DNA from: Candidatus Peribacteria bacterium
Lineage (GTDB): Bacteria; Patescibacteriota; Gracilibacteria; Peribacterales; Peribacteraceae
DNA length: 50,729 bases
Direction: 5' to 3'
NCBI GenBank assembly: GCA_943355155.1
Contig: CALREJ010000003.1
Location: forward strand, 1 to 50,729
Position 1 is the first letter of the stretch. Each line of letters opens with the position of its first letter. The position numbers and the translations under genes are program-made. The notes beneath the pieces were generated by a model, which had not been told where the DNA came from, did no database searches, and worked only from the letters and a program-made list of their open reading frames with translations. Of the stretch, positions 36,567-45,776 are shown piece by piece.

Positions 36567-37178
36567 TCACGCCCCCACAAACTCCGGATCCGTCATGAGT
36601 CTGCTCTCTTCAGGAAGAACCTGATTGAGATACTTGCTGTGCGGTTTTTTGTTGTACGGCGTTTCTGCGGGGCTGGTCATTTGTTCAAAGGCGAGTTGGC
36701 AGACGCGCATGCCGGGATAGAGCGCGACGGGCATACGGTTGAGGTTACTGATTTCGAGGGTGATGGTGCCGGAAAAACCGGGATCCACGAAGCCGGCGGT
36801 CGAGTGCACGATGATGCCGAGGCGACCGAGGGAGCTGCGACCTTCGACACGTACGACCAAGTCATCGGGAACTGTGATGGTTTCCATCGTGACGCCGAGG
36901 ACGAATTCACCGGGTTGCACAATGAAGCTCTCCCCTTCCGGAATCGTAATCATGCGCATGCGGCCTTGCAGAGTTTCCGGGTTTTTCGGATCAAGAATCG
37001 CGAATTTGCTGTGATCGTAGAGTTTGAAGACACTGCCAAGTCGCAAATCCATCGAACTCGCGTGAATGTGCATGAACTGCGTCACTTGTTCTGGGGTCGA
37101 CAGCCCCGGCTGCGCACAATCGATGATCACGCGTCCGCTTTCGATGGCCTTTTTGATGTCTCGGTCGGAAAGAATCAT
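36567..37178 (-). CDS. dcd: dCTP deaminase
   Basis: MILSDRDI, GRSSLGRLG, AGFVDPGF.G.ITLE and KY..Q. Confidence 0.96.
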   Translation of the reverse strand: MILSDRDIKKAIESGRVIIDCAQPGLSTPEQVTQFMHIHASSMDLRLGSVFKLYDHSKFAILDPKNPETLQGRMRMITIPEGESFIVQPGEFVLGVTMETITVPDDLVVRVEGRSSLGRLGIIVHSTAGFVDPGFSGTITLEISNLNRMPVALYPGMRVCQLAFEQMTSPAETPYNKKPHSKYLNQVLPEESRLMTDPEFVGA

Positions 37179-37224
37179 GAGCGTAGCTTATAGCTTCCGG
37201 CTTCCGGCTTCCAGCGAATAGTGA

Positions 37225-37272
37225 AAACCATATCTAGTGGCAAAAAATAGTATCACACACGATATATTGTAT
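37225..37272. promoter_or_regulatory. Tandem NrdR boxes
   Basis: AAACCATATCTAGTGG (37225-37240) and ACACGATATATTGTAT (37257-37272) resemble the consensus acaCwAtATaTwGtgt, start 32 bp apart and lie upstream of dcd. Confidence 0.8.
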
Positions 37273-37322
37273 GGGGAATACTTGAAGTGGAACGCGATTA
37301 CAGAGAGAATGTGCGGCACCCT

Positions 37323-39083
37323 ATGCCGACAACATTTGAATCATCAGCGGGAATCGAGAATGATCTGAATGGTCGGGAAGAAGATGGTGAAGGACGCAAC
37401 CGAGCACGCGACTACGAGCACATCCGCAGTCACCTTTTCGACGCAACGCGGGGAGTGAATCAATATTTAAGTGAAAAAACTGCCGGAAAATGGTGGAAAG
37501 AAGCGCTGAGCAACCGATCACCCGATACATTTTTCAATGTCCAGTTGCAGCCGCGAATGAAAAAGTGGCAACAGATGAGACGCTCGTATGACAACACTGT
37601 TGCAGAAATGGAACCCTACGGAAAATCAGCGAATCCACCTATTCTGAAACCCACACAATTCTGGAAATTATCCGGCAAAGAGCGCGAGGCGTATCTTCGA
37701 AAAGCGGAAGAGTTTTTAAAAAAACAAAGCACGCTCGGAAAAAGACTGACCACTCTGCGTGAGACAACATTCAAAGAATTCGTAAAGATCACCCACGGCC
37801 GTCTCAAAGCATCCTCAAATAACGACATCCAAAAACTGCAGACTGGCCTGAAGCACGTATCGCTTGATGAAAACGAAATTGCCGGTTGGGAAGCATTCCT
37901 CAAAAATGGAATCGCCTCTGCACAAAGCCTCTACGGCCGCATGATGAATCAGCTGATTACCGCTCAGCTCAGCGAACATATTATCTCCGCGAGAGTCGTA
38001 AAAAACCTGAAAAATAAATTCAAAGATACGAATGTCGATTTCAAGCAAAAAGAGTTATACATCGATGTACTCCTTCCTGAACGCCTGAGAGAATGGAGGA
38101 GAATAAAAGGAGAACGCGACACATTGGCAAAGAATCCTGATGTCAAAAAACTCAAGGGTGTACCGAGGTTGGCGGTATTTATGAACGAATCGCAGTTTGT
38201 GGAGCTGGAATATCCGGAGCGTTTGGCTTTGTACGAGGAAGTCGACACAGCTCTCGATAGCTCCGTCAAAATGGAAACGATTTCCTCTCCTACGAAGTAC
38301 GCACGCTACCAGATCGGGAACCACGACTACGACGGCGCTGAACAAACACTGATGACGGCGAAACAAAAGGATCCTGAAAATCAAGACATTCCATCGCTAC
38401 TGAACTACTTGGAGCAACTACGACGTACGGAACTAGTAGATGAAGAAGTGGAAACCTCCGACCCAGAGGCCATTATGGCACGAGCTCGTCATACGATCAC
38501 ACATCGGGCTCCAACTGGGGCAAAAAAAACATATCAAATGCTGGCTCAAAAAGGATACAAGACTCTCGCATCTGGATGTCAGATGATCTATAACCGCAAA
38601 TGGGTGCGCGAACACGGATACAGCACGAATAAAACTGAGCGTATGCACGCGGAAAGTGAGACAAATAAAAGCAATACCCAAGATCATATTGAAAACGGCC
38701 ACACGCCGTGGCTCGAACACAACATTCTCGAAGGTGACACTGCGAACAAGTCTGCTATTCGTGATGAGTGTCACAAAGCTCAGCTCCTCCACATCAGCAG
38801 TGAAGGAGTGGAAACCGCGGTGAACAGCGCAGAGCTGAATCAAAATAATCATCTGCACCGCTACTGGACAACGTGGAATCTGAAAGATGTGACATACGAA
38901 GCGCAGGATGAATTTATTGTGAACTGCCATTATCAATTGAAGCAGGATATAAAGAAGCTCAATGAAATGGGATACGACTTTACGATCGCCGGCCCGCTCA
39001 AAAGAAAAGGCGGAGGAGTGGCTGAACCTTTGAAAAAAAACAAACCAAAAATGCCTTCTCCACCGACTGGTATGGCCGGATAA
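37323..39083 (+). CDS. Large hypothetical protein with one TPR-like hairpin
   Basis: Long ORF; ARYQIGNHDYDGAEQTLMTAKQKDPEN is TPR-like. ATG 37323 preferred as start. Confidence 0.8.
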   Translation: MPTTFESSAGIENDLNGREEDGEGRNRARDYEHIRSHLFDATRGVNQYLSEKTAGKWWKEALSNRSPDTFFNVQLQPRMKKWQQMRRSYDNTVAEMEPYGKSANPPILKPTQFWKLSGKEREAYLRKAEEFLKKQSTLGKRLTTLRETTFKEFVKITHGRLKASSNNDIQKLQTGLKHVSLDENEIAGWEAFLKNGIASAQSLYGRMMNQLITAQLSEHIISARVVKNLKNKFKDTNVDFKQKELYIDVLLPERLREWRRIKGERDTLAKNPDVKKLKGVPRLAVFMNESQFVELEYPERLALYEEVDTALDSSVKMETISSPTKYARYQIGNHDYDGAEQTLMTAKQKDPENQDIPSLLNYLEQLRRTELVDEEVETSDPEAIMARARHTITHRAPTGAKKTYQMLAQKGYKTLASGCQMIYNRKWVREHGYSTNKTERMHAESETNKSNTQDHIENGHTPWLEHNILEGDTANKSAIRDECHKAQLLHISSEGVETAVNSAELNQNNHLHRYWTTWNLKDVTYEAQDEFIVNCHYQLKQDIKKLNEMGYDFTIAGPLKRKGGGVAEPLKKNKPKMPSPPTGMAG

Positions 39084-39144
39084 ACACTAGATTGCGTAGA
39101 AGCTCCTGATTCCACTAGAATCCTCTCTCTATTCCCCACCTCTC

Positions 39145-39744
39145 ATGAAAAAATCCTTCGCAATCACAGCCTCTTCCCTCCTCTTCCTCGCAGCCTGCGG
39201 AAGCGCCACAACCGGAAGTGCCACGCTCGATGACAAGCTAAAAAATCCCCTCTACGCCCAGCACTACTATCAGGAACTTACGAGCAACATGGTGACACTG
39301 CAACTGAGTAACGATCCGATCCTCAAGGAATCTGGCAAACAATCACTCGTCGACCGCACACGCATTGAAGGAACAAAGCAGGCGCAGGAAGCAGTCGATA
39401 CAAACGCAAGTGGACCACACGGAACATTCATAAGCGACAAGGACTTGGTACAGGGCAGTGTTCTCATGCTCGGTGACACCTTGTATTTTGGTCCCGATCT
39501 TGTGGCCACTCCGGGACCGTCTTTGCATGTGTACATAAGTAACACAGTCGATCCACGTGTGGGCACATTCCCTGATAGCAGTGCCGTGGATTTGGGCGTT
39601 CTGCAAGATCCCTTTGGTGCGCAAAGCTACGCACTTCCAAAAAATGATCAAGATCAAGCGGCTGGTGCTCCTCCATTGAGAACGGTTGTCCTGTGGGACA
39701 AAGAACTCGAAATGGTGTACGGATTTGTGCAACTGGCTGAGTAA
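39145..39744 (+). CDS. DM13-domain lipoprotein
   Basis: Lipobox LAAC; PGPSLHVY, DLG.L....G.Q.Y..P and VVLW. Confidence 0.8.
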   Translation: MKKSFAITASSLLFLAACGSATTGSATLDDKLKNPLYAQHYYQELTSNMVTLQLSNDPILKESGKQSLVDRTRIEGTKQAQEAVDTNASGPHGTFISDKDLVQGSVLMLGDTLYFGPDLVATPGPSLHVYISNTVDPRVGTFPDSSAVDLGVLQDPFGAQSYALPKNDQDQAAGAPPLRTVVLWDKELEMVYGFVQLAE

Positions 39745-39792
39745 ATCTTACAAGCTACAAGCCACCGGCCACTAGCCACCGGATTGCTTCTT

Positions 39793-40386
39793 CTAAAGCT
39801 TCACCCCCGTCCCATCGGACGCGCCATCTATCGCGTTGCCGACTGCATCGATGGTGCTTTCGACGATCTTTCCATTCACGAGGAAAGTAGGAGTGCCTTT
39901 CACGCCCAGTTTCACCCCCGCATCGTACTCAGCGAGAATTGCCTTTCGCTTGATGTGTGATTTTTGACATCGATTGAAAAGCGTCATATCGAGTTTTAAT
40001 TGATTGCCCCACTCCTCGACCGCTTGTGTATTCAAATCATCCTGATGCGTGTAAGCGGTATCCACAAATTCCCAGAATTTCCCCTGATCCGCCGCACATT
40101 CGCTCGCCTCCGCAGCCATCATCGCATATTCATGAATAGCAGTAAGCGGGAACTGACGGAATTCGAAATGGATCTTTGAGCCGTACTGCTGAAGCATCGG
40201 CTGCACCACTCTTTCCTGAGCACTCCGACATGCAGGACACTGGAAATCTCCATACTCGACCACACTCACGATGGAACTCGCATTACTTTGCGGGTTGATC
40301 CCTTTGGAGGAATCGGCAGACAGTCCCGTCGTATCGACACAGGCAGTAAGAGCGAGGAGTGAACAGAGGAGGATGAGGCGGCGCAT
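39793..40386 (-). CDS. DsbA-family thioredoxin-fold lipoprotein
   Basis: Lipobox LTAC; YGDFQCPAC and GVKGTPTF. Confidence 0.93.
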   Translation of the reverse strand: MRRLILLCSLLALTACVDTTGLSADSSKGINPQSNASSIVSVVEYGDFQCPACRSAQERVVQPMLQQYGSKIHFEFRQFPLTAIHEYAMMAAEASECAADQGKFWEFVDTAYTHQDDLNTQAVEEWGNQLKLDMTLFNRCQKSHIKRKAILAEYDAGVKLGVKGTPTFLVNGKIVESTIDAVGNAIDGASDGTGVKL

Positions 40387-40438
40387 GAGGTAAGTGGGTA
40401 GTGTGTAGTTGGTAGTGAGTAGTGTATACTGTTTTCCT

Positions 40439-41908
40439 GTGTCGCTCTACCAAACCTACCGGCCGCGGTCATTCGCAGATGTTGCGGGGCAGGACAGTAT
40501 TGTGGAAACACTGCAGCAGGCTGTGAAGCAAAACGCCCTTTCTCACGCCTATCTTTTTGCCGGCAGCCGTGGCACCGGAAAAACGTCCATCGCACGTATT
40601 CTCGCCAAGGAATGTTTGCTGAGTGGTATTGAAGATGAAGTCCTGCGCAGAAATATCACGCAAGCTGTGGATGACGGAAGCCTCGTCGACCTCACCGAGA
40701 TCGACGCTGCGAGCAATACCGGTGTTGATAATATCCGCGAGCTGCTTGAAAAGATCCAGTTCACACCCGTCGTGGCTGCGGCGAAGGTATACATCATCGA
40801 CGAAGCACACATGCTTTCAAAAGGTGCGTTCAATGCGCTGCTAAAAACGCTCGAGGAGCCGCCCGCCTACGCATTTTTTATTCTCGCGACAACGGAGCTC
40901 CATAAAATTCCCGCCACGATCCAGTCGCGCTGTCAGCGTTTTCTTTTTAGACATATTCGCGAGGAAGACATCGTCAAGCGTCTCCAATTTGTTGCGGACA
41001 CGGAACACATCACCGTTGAGCGCACGGCTCTGCGCGCTATCGCACACCATGCCCAAGGAAGTATGCGCGACGCACTGTCACTGCTCGATCAACTGCGTTC
41101 GATTGGCAAAGATATTGAGTTACAGGATGTGAAAGAACGCATCGGAGAAAGTGGTCATGAATATGTAGAACAGGTGCTCACCGCACTCGCATCGGGAGAT
41201 CGCACAGGCATTATTTCTATTGTCCACGCACTCGAAGAGGCCGCTGTGCCATTGGATATTTTCACACGTCTTCTTCTGGGGCACGCGAGAGAATCGCTGC
41301 ACGAAGCAGTTTCTGCGAATAAAGATCCATCAGAGCAGATCGCGATGATCGATCGTCTCATGGAAACACTTCGTAGTTTACGCACGGCTCCCCTGCCCGC
41401 ACTCACGTTGGAATCAGCGCTCCTTTCGATGATAGGCACATCGATCGGGGTGCAGGAGAAAAAAGAAAAAACGGAGAGTGTTGCTGTCCCCATTGAAAAA
41501 CCGGAAGAAAAACAAAATCCTGACGCTCCGATTTTGAAAGAGAACAATGTGTCACATGCGGAAATAAAAAATGCAGAAGTCACTGCACCGGAACTCACGC
41601 TCAGCGCTCTTCGCGAGCATTGGCCGCAGATCGTGCAGGAAACAGAGCCTCCCTTTGTTCGTATGTCCTTAAAAAACGGCCATCTCCACGCACTCGAAGG
41701 AATAGATGTCATCATCCGCTTTGGCTCCAGTTTTCACAGAGACAAAGCCTCGAGTCCGGAAGGTTTGCAGCAAACAGAACAGATCCTCAGACGCATTTTC
41801 AAGCAGCCCCTTAAACTCAAATACATCCTCGACAGCGAACTGCATTCTACTGCCTTGCCCGAGGAAGAGAGCGTGAATATAGCTGAGGCGGCGGCGGAGC
41901 TTTTTTAA
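40439..41908 (+). CDS. dnaX: DNA polymerase III subunit gamma/tau
   Basis: LYQTYRP..F, GSRGTGKT, EIDAASN, IIDEAHML and SRC. GTG start at 40439. Confidence 0.97.
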   Translation: MSLYQTYRPRSFADVAGQDSIVETLQQAVKQNALSHAYLFAGSRGTGKTSIARILAKECLLSGIEDEVLRRNITQAVDDGSLVDLTEIDAASNTGVDNIRELLEKIQFTPVVAAAKVYIIDEAHMLSKGAFNALLKTLEEPPAYAFFILATTELHKIPATIQSRCQRFLFRHIREEDIVKRLQFVADTEHITVERTALRAIAHHAQGSMRDALSLLDQLRSIGKDIELQDVKERIGESGHEYVEQVLTALASGDRTGIISIVHALEEAAVPLDIFTRLLLGHARESLHEAVSANKDPSEQIAMIDRLMETLRSLRTAPLPALTLESALLSMIGTSIGVQEKKEKTESVAVPIEKPEEKQNPDAPILKENNVSHAEIKNAEVTAPELTLSALREHWPQIVQETEPPFVRMSLKNGHLHALEGIDVIIRFGSSFHRDKASSPEGLQQTEQILRRIFKQPLKLKYILDSELHSTALPEEESVNIAEAAAELF

Positions 41909-41915
41909 ACACCCC

Positions 41916-42500
41916 ATGCACATCCACGATCACAAAGAACAACTAAGGCTAAGGATCCGTGAACGTCTCGCGAAAATGAGTCCGCGCATTCGCGCAGCGG
42001 AAAGTCGCAGTATCTGCAGGCGCATTCTGCAGGATCTTCCCGATGAACCATTGGTCGTGTGTGCATACGCCGCAATGCCGTCGGAGGCAGATCTGAAATA
42101 TCTTCTCGATGATCTGCTGACAGATACCTCTTGTTCGATCTTCCTCCCCCGCTTCACACGGGCATTTTTTGAATACAGACACATCGTCACGCTTGATGAT
42201 CTGGAGCCGGGAAAGTTCAATCTTCCCGAACCGCCTGCCACTGCGGATCTACTAAATCTCCAAGATGTCACCCATGCATTCCTACCCGGCCTCGCCTTCG
42301 ATAAACAAGGCCACCGCATCGGCCGCGGCAATGGCGGATTTGACAGGTGGCTGCAGGATCTGCGGAAAGTAAATACCAAAGCCGTCGTCTGGGGCATCGC
42401 TCTCGAATGCCAGCTTGTTGAGAGTGTTCCGTTTGAAGCACATGATCAATTGGTGGATGCGGTGGTGACGCCGAGGGAAATCATCCGAGTGCAAAAGTAG
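41916..42500 (+). CDS. 5-formyltetrahydrofolate cyclo-ligase
   Basis: PGLAFD..G.RIGRG.G.FDR and HDQ.VD.VVT. Confidence 0.95.
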   Translation: MHIHDHKEQLRLRIRERLAKMSPRIRAAESRSICRRILQDLPDEPLVVCAYAAMPSEADLKYLLDDLLTDTSCSIFLPRFTRAFFEYRHIVTLDDLEPGKFNLPEPPATADLLNLQDVTHAFLPGLAFDKQGHRIGRGNGGFDRWLQDLRKVNTKAVVWGIALECQLVESVPFEAHDQLVDAVVTPREIIRVQK

Positions 42501-42553
42501 ATCAAAACGCGATTTTCAATTCTCAATTTTCCATTTTCAATTACACTAAGCTC

Positions 42554-43816
42554 ATGTTTACCTACACAGATTTACTCGCAGCAGATCCCGATATTTATCA
42601 CGCTCTCATGGGCGAAATGAAAAGGCAGTCGGATGGAGTGGAACTGATCGCCTCGGAAAACTATGTGTCACCTGCGGTGATGGAAGCGATGGGCAATGTG
42701 TTCAATAACAAATATTCAGAAGGATTCCCCGGAAAACGCTACTACGGCGGACAGGAATTTACGGACATCATCGAAACGCTTGCCATCGAACGAGCAAAAA
42801 AGTTATTCAATGCAGGCCACGCAAACGTGCAGCCGCACGCAGGAGCACCGGCAAACGTCGCAATGTATTTTGCGCTGATGGAACCTGGCGACACGGTAAT
42901 GGGGATGGATTTGAGCCACGGCGGACACCTCACACACGGTCATCCTGTCACCTACCTCACAAAAATCTTCCGGTTCGTCCGCTACAAAATGAAAGACGTC
43001 GAAACCGGTGAACTCGATTACGATGAAATGAGAAAAGTAGCGCTCGCCGAGAAACCAAAAATCATTCTTGCAGGATTTTCCGCATATCCACGAGAAGTGA
43101 ACTACGCAAAAATGAAAGCAATTGCGGATGAAATCGGTGCGTACACAGTCGCAGATATGGCGCACATCGCAGGACTGATCGCCGGAAAACAACTACGGAA
43201 TCCCTTTGATGATGGGTTCGATGTCATCACCACGACCACGCATAAAACTCTCCGCGGACCGCGTGGCGGCATGATCCTGACGCGTGAAGCAGAGCTCGGG
43301 AAAAAGATGGATAAGTCCGTTTTCCCGGGTTTTCAGGGCGGGCCGATTATGCAGATGATCGCAGCCAAGGCAGTGGCCTTTGGCGAGGCACTGAAGCCGG
43401 AATTTCAGGAGTACGCTGCGCAGATCATCAGAAATAGTAAGCATCTTGCGAAGTTTTTCATGGACAGACATGTGAAGCTCGTCACGAACGGAACAGACAA
43501 TCACCTGATGCTCATTGACTGTATGCAATCCTTTGGCATCCCCGGCGGCGAAGTGGAAACTGTGCTCGACCGCGTCGGTATGACGCTCAATAAGAATATG
43601 ATTCCCGACGATACACGAAAACCCATGGATCCCTCGGGTGTGCGCCTCGGCACTCCTGCAATCACTACGCGTGGTATGAAAGAAAAAGAAATGGACATAC
43701 TGGGAGAGTTTATTCTCCGCGCTATCGAAAAGAGGAGCGACCCCCGTGCATTGGAATCGCTCCACTCTGATGTACAAAATTTTTGCAGAAAGTATCCGGT
43801 TCCGGGAATCAGTTAA
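42554..43816 (+). CDS. glyA: Serine hydroxymethyltransferase
   Basis: LIASEN, YSEGFPGKRYYGG, GGHLTHG and TTTHKTLRGPRGG. Confidence 0.98.
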   Translation: MFTYTDLLAADPDIYHALMGEMKRQSDGVELIASENYVSPAVMEAMGNVFNNKYSEGFPGKRYYGGQEFTDIIETLAIERAKKLFNAGHANVQPHAGAPANVAMYFALMEPGDTVMGMDLSHGGHLTHGHPVTYLTKIFRFVRYKMKDVETGELDYDEMRKVALAEKPKIILAGFSAYPREVNYAKMKAIADEIGAYTVADMAHIAGLIAGKQLRNPFDDGFDVITTTTHKTLRGPRGGMILTREAELGKKMDKSVFPGFQGGPIMQMIAAKAVAFGEALKPEFQEYAAQIIRNSKHLAKFFMDRHVKLVTNGTDNHLMLIDCMQSFGIPGGEVETVLDRVGMTLNKNMIPDDTRKPMDPSGVRLGTPAITTRGMKEKEMDILGEFILRAIEKRSDPRALESLHSDVQNFCRKYPVPGIS

Positions 43817-43818
43817 GA

Positions 43819-44604
43819 TTATTCATCTACTCTGCACACGCTGGGGCTTCCTGTTTGACAGGAGTATCCCGTTTCCACCGCACAATTGTGAGAGCATCCG
43901 TCTCCATCGCGGTTATTTCCATCATCACACGCTTCGGATCCGGCCATCACTTCGTCTCCACAATACGCAGCTATTGTACACACGCTTGGGCTACCGGTGC
44001 AGGTAGAACCGACTTCCACAATACACGATGTTGTACATCCATCGCCATTTGATTCATTTCCATCATCACATTTTTCAGTAGCAGCCTGCACACCATCTCC
44101 ACACTCCGACCAGCACTGAGAAGGTTGTGCGGACGTACACGTAAATCCTATTTCAATCGCACATGCACTGGTACATCCATCACCGGAATGGGCATTGCCA
44201 TCATCACACTGCTCACTTCCAATAATAAGTTTGTCACCACACCCTGCTTTTTTCAGGCTGTCCGTCGTGCCGGTACGTGGCTGCAATGTAAATGTGGGAA
44301 TCGATGAACGACTTCGTGTCTGGACAGACCGAAACCCAAAAGTACTGACAGAGGGAATGGGTGCTCCAGATTTTTGATTCGCAACTCTGCTCCTTCTCCT
44401 CTTCTCTGCTGTTGTCAGTACTTTCTCAGGAGTTTTGAGTGAGGAACTGATTGCTCGTCCGGACGTTCCAATAGTCCGAGGAAGAATGCGCGCAAGAAGA
44501 TCCGGGCTCTCGAAGGATGAAACCTCCTGCAGAAAACCAACGGATAATGCTGCGAACAGCGCGGATAAAACTACCATTCTGGTTGTGTGATGTGTGTTTG
44601 TCAT
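43819..44604 (-). CDS. Surface protein with three Myxococcus-type Cys-rich (DUF4215) repeats
   Basis: N-terminal TM helix and CGD......E.CDDGN...GDGC...C x3. ATG 44604 lies 6 nt after TATAAT. Confidence 0.9.
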   Translation of the reverse strand: MTNTHHTTRMVVLSALFAALSVGFLQEVSSFESPDLLARILPRTIGTSGRAISSSLKTPEKVLTTAEKRRRSRVANQKSGAPIPSVSTFGFRSVQTRSRSSIPTFTLQPRTGTTDSLKKAGCGDKLIIGSEQCDDGNAHSGDGCTSACAIEIGFTCTSAQPSQCWSECGDGVQAATEKCDDGNESNGDGCTTSCIVEVGSTCTGSPSVCTIAAYCGDEVMAGSEACDDGNNRDGDGCSHNCAVETGYSCQTGSPSVCRVDE

Positions 44605-44818
44605 GTGTCCATTATAGCAAATATGCATATTTTTCGCAAATACCAAAAACCATCACATTTTCACATTGGACAAATATCACTAAAATACACATAAGAAAGG
44701 CTATACGAAGCCATTGATGAAAATGTCATTTTTTGCATACATTTTGTATCCAAAAAACAACAAAGAACATTCACCACTCAAGAAAGTTGCGGACAAAATA
44801 CTGATGAGTATGATGACA

Positions 44819-45300
44819 TGATTTGTTCAGGACAGTGTAACAAATCACTGACACAACATCCAAACAAACACTTGTTCTTTATTCACCACCGACTACACAG
44901 AAAGAGTGATGGTCACAATGGACTCAGACACGTTCCTCTCAGCCACACACCTTGCTTCCTGCATATCCCTGAGGAATGGCAACGTGACCTCTCTACATGT
45001 TCATCGCATCTTCACGATGTGACTATCACTCTTTCTGCTCTGCGAGCCACACAATACTATTCGAGGTTTATCATTGTGTGCACTCCCCTTCACTCCCCAG
45101 TGTTTCCCCTGCGTCGCAAGACCTTGTGGCAAACCGTCACGGGGACCTCGTCCGGTCACGAGGAGAAATAAGAGACCAGAGCAAGGCAGAAAGCGAGGCA
45201 CCTCCCCTCATATCAACTCCCCGTCTCAGTCACGCACTTGCATGACCGATAGAACCCGGAGAACATAAACACCAAAAGACTCCTCACGGGGTCTTTTTGT
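44819..45300 (+). ncRNA. Candidate large structured non-coding RNA (~480 nt), family not recognised
   Basis: Upstream TTGCGG-16 bp-TATGAT, many stems including a 20-bp long-range helix, a 3' terminator and no credible ORF. Confidence 0.6.
45274..45300 (+). terminator. Intrinsic terminator
   Basis: AAAAGACTCC-tcac-GGGGTCTTTTTGT. Confidence 0.85.
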
Positions 45301-45327
45301 TATTCACTACAGCATTTCTATAAATAA

Positions 45328-45368
45328 TGTCATCCTGAGGAGCGCCAGAGCGCGTCTCGAAGGACGAA
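45328..45368 (-). repeat. Family-1 palindromic repeat
   Basis: Reverse complement reads TTCGTCCTTCGAGACGCGCTCTGGCGCTCCTCAGGATGACA. Confidence 0.8.
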
Positions 45369-45386
45369 CCATGCTACAATCCCCTC

Positions 45387-45776
45387 ATGCGTAAAATGAA
45401 ACGTAGTCTGGGCTATGCGGTAGAAGGTGTGCATCATGCATTTACCTATGAACAAAACGTGCGCCTCTTCCTCTATGGATACATCGTGGTCGTTGCTGCC
45501 GGGCTGTATTGTGATTTACTGTCATGGGAATGGATCACCCTCTTCATCGCAGGAGGTATCTTTTTTGCGATCGAACTCTGCAACACATCACTGGAACGAC
45601 TCACAGACGTGATCGATGAAAATCGAAAAATTGCAGGTGGCGCCCAGTTTCACGCAGGACTCAAGCAGGCGAAAGATGTCGCAGCCGGCGCATCACTCAT
45701 TTGTCTTCTGATGAACGCACTCGTCATTGTGATTGTGTTTTGGCCGTATGTGGTGTTGATGATTAAAGGGAGGTAA
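45387..45776 (+). CDS. dgkA: Prokaryotic diacylglycerol/undecaprenol kinase family protein
   Basis: YAVEG...EQN, ELCNTSLE..D and AKDVAAGA; three TM helices. Confidence 0.9.
   Translation: MRKMKRSLGYAVEGVHHAFTYEQNVRLFLYGYIVVVAAGLYCDLLSWEWITLFIAGGIFFAIELCNTSLERLTDVIDENRKIAGGAQFHAGLKQAKDVAAGASLICLLMNALVIVIVFWPYVVLMIKGR

Noticed and set aside
44780-45265. RNase P RNA (AGAAAGT near 44781 and AGAACCCGG near 45251) or SRP RNA (AGGAAGCA on the minus strand)
   Set aside because: The two RNase P-like segments cannot form P4 and the GAGGAAAGTCC/GGCTTA consensus is missing. The SRP-like word lacks the GNRA-capped helix 8.
44818-45268. Short ORFs 44818-45171, 44997-45245, 45001-45201 and 45074-45268
   Set aside because: Atypical His/Cys/Ser-rich composition, no motifs and mutual overlap; the region is better explained by RNA structure.
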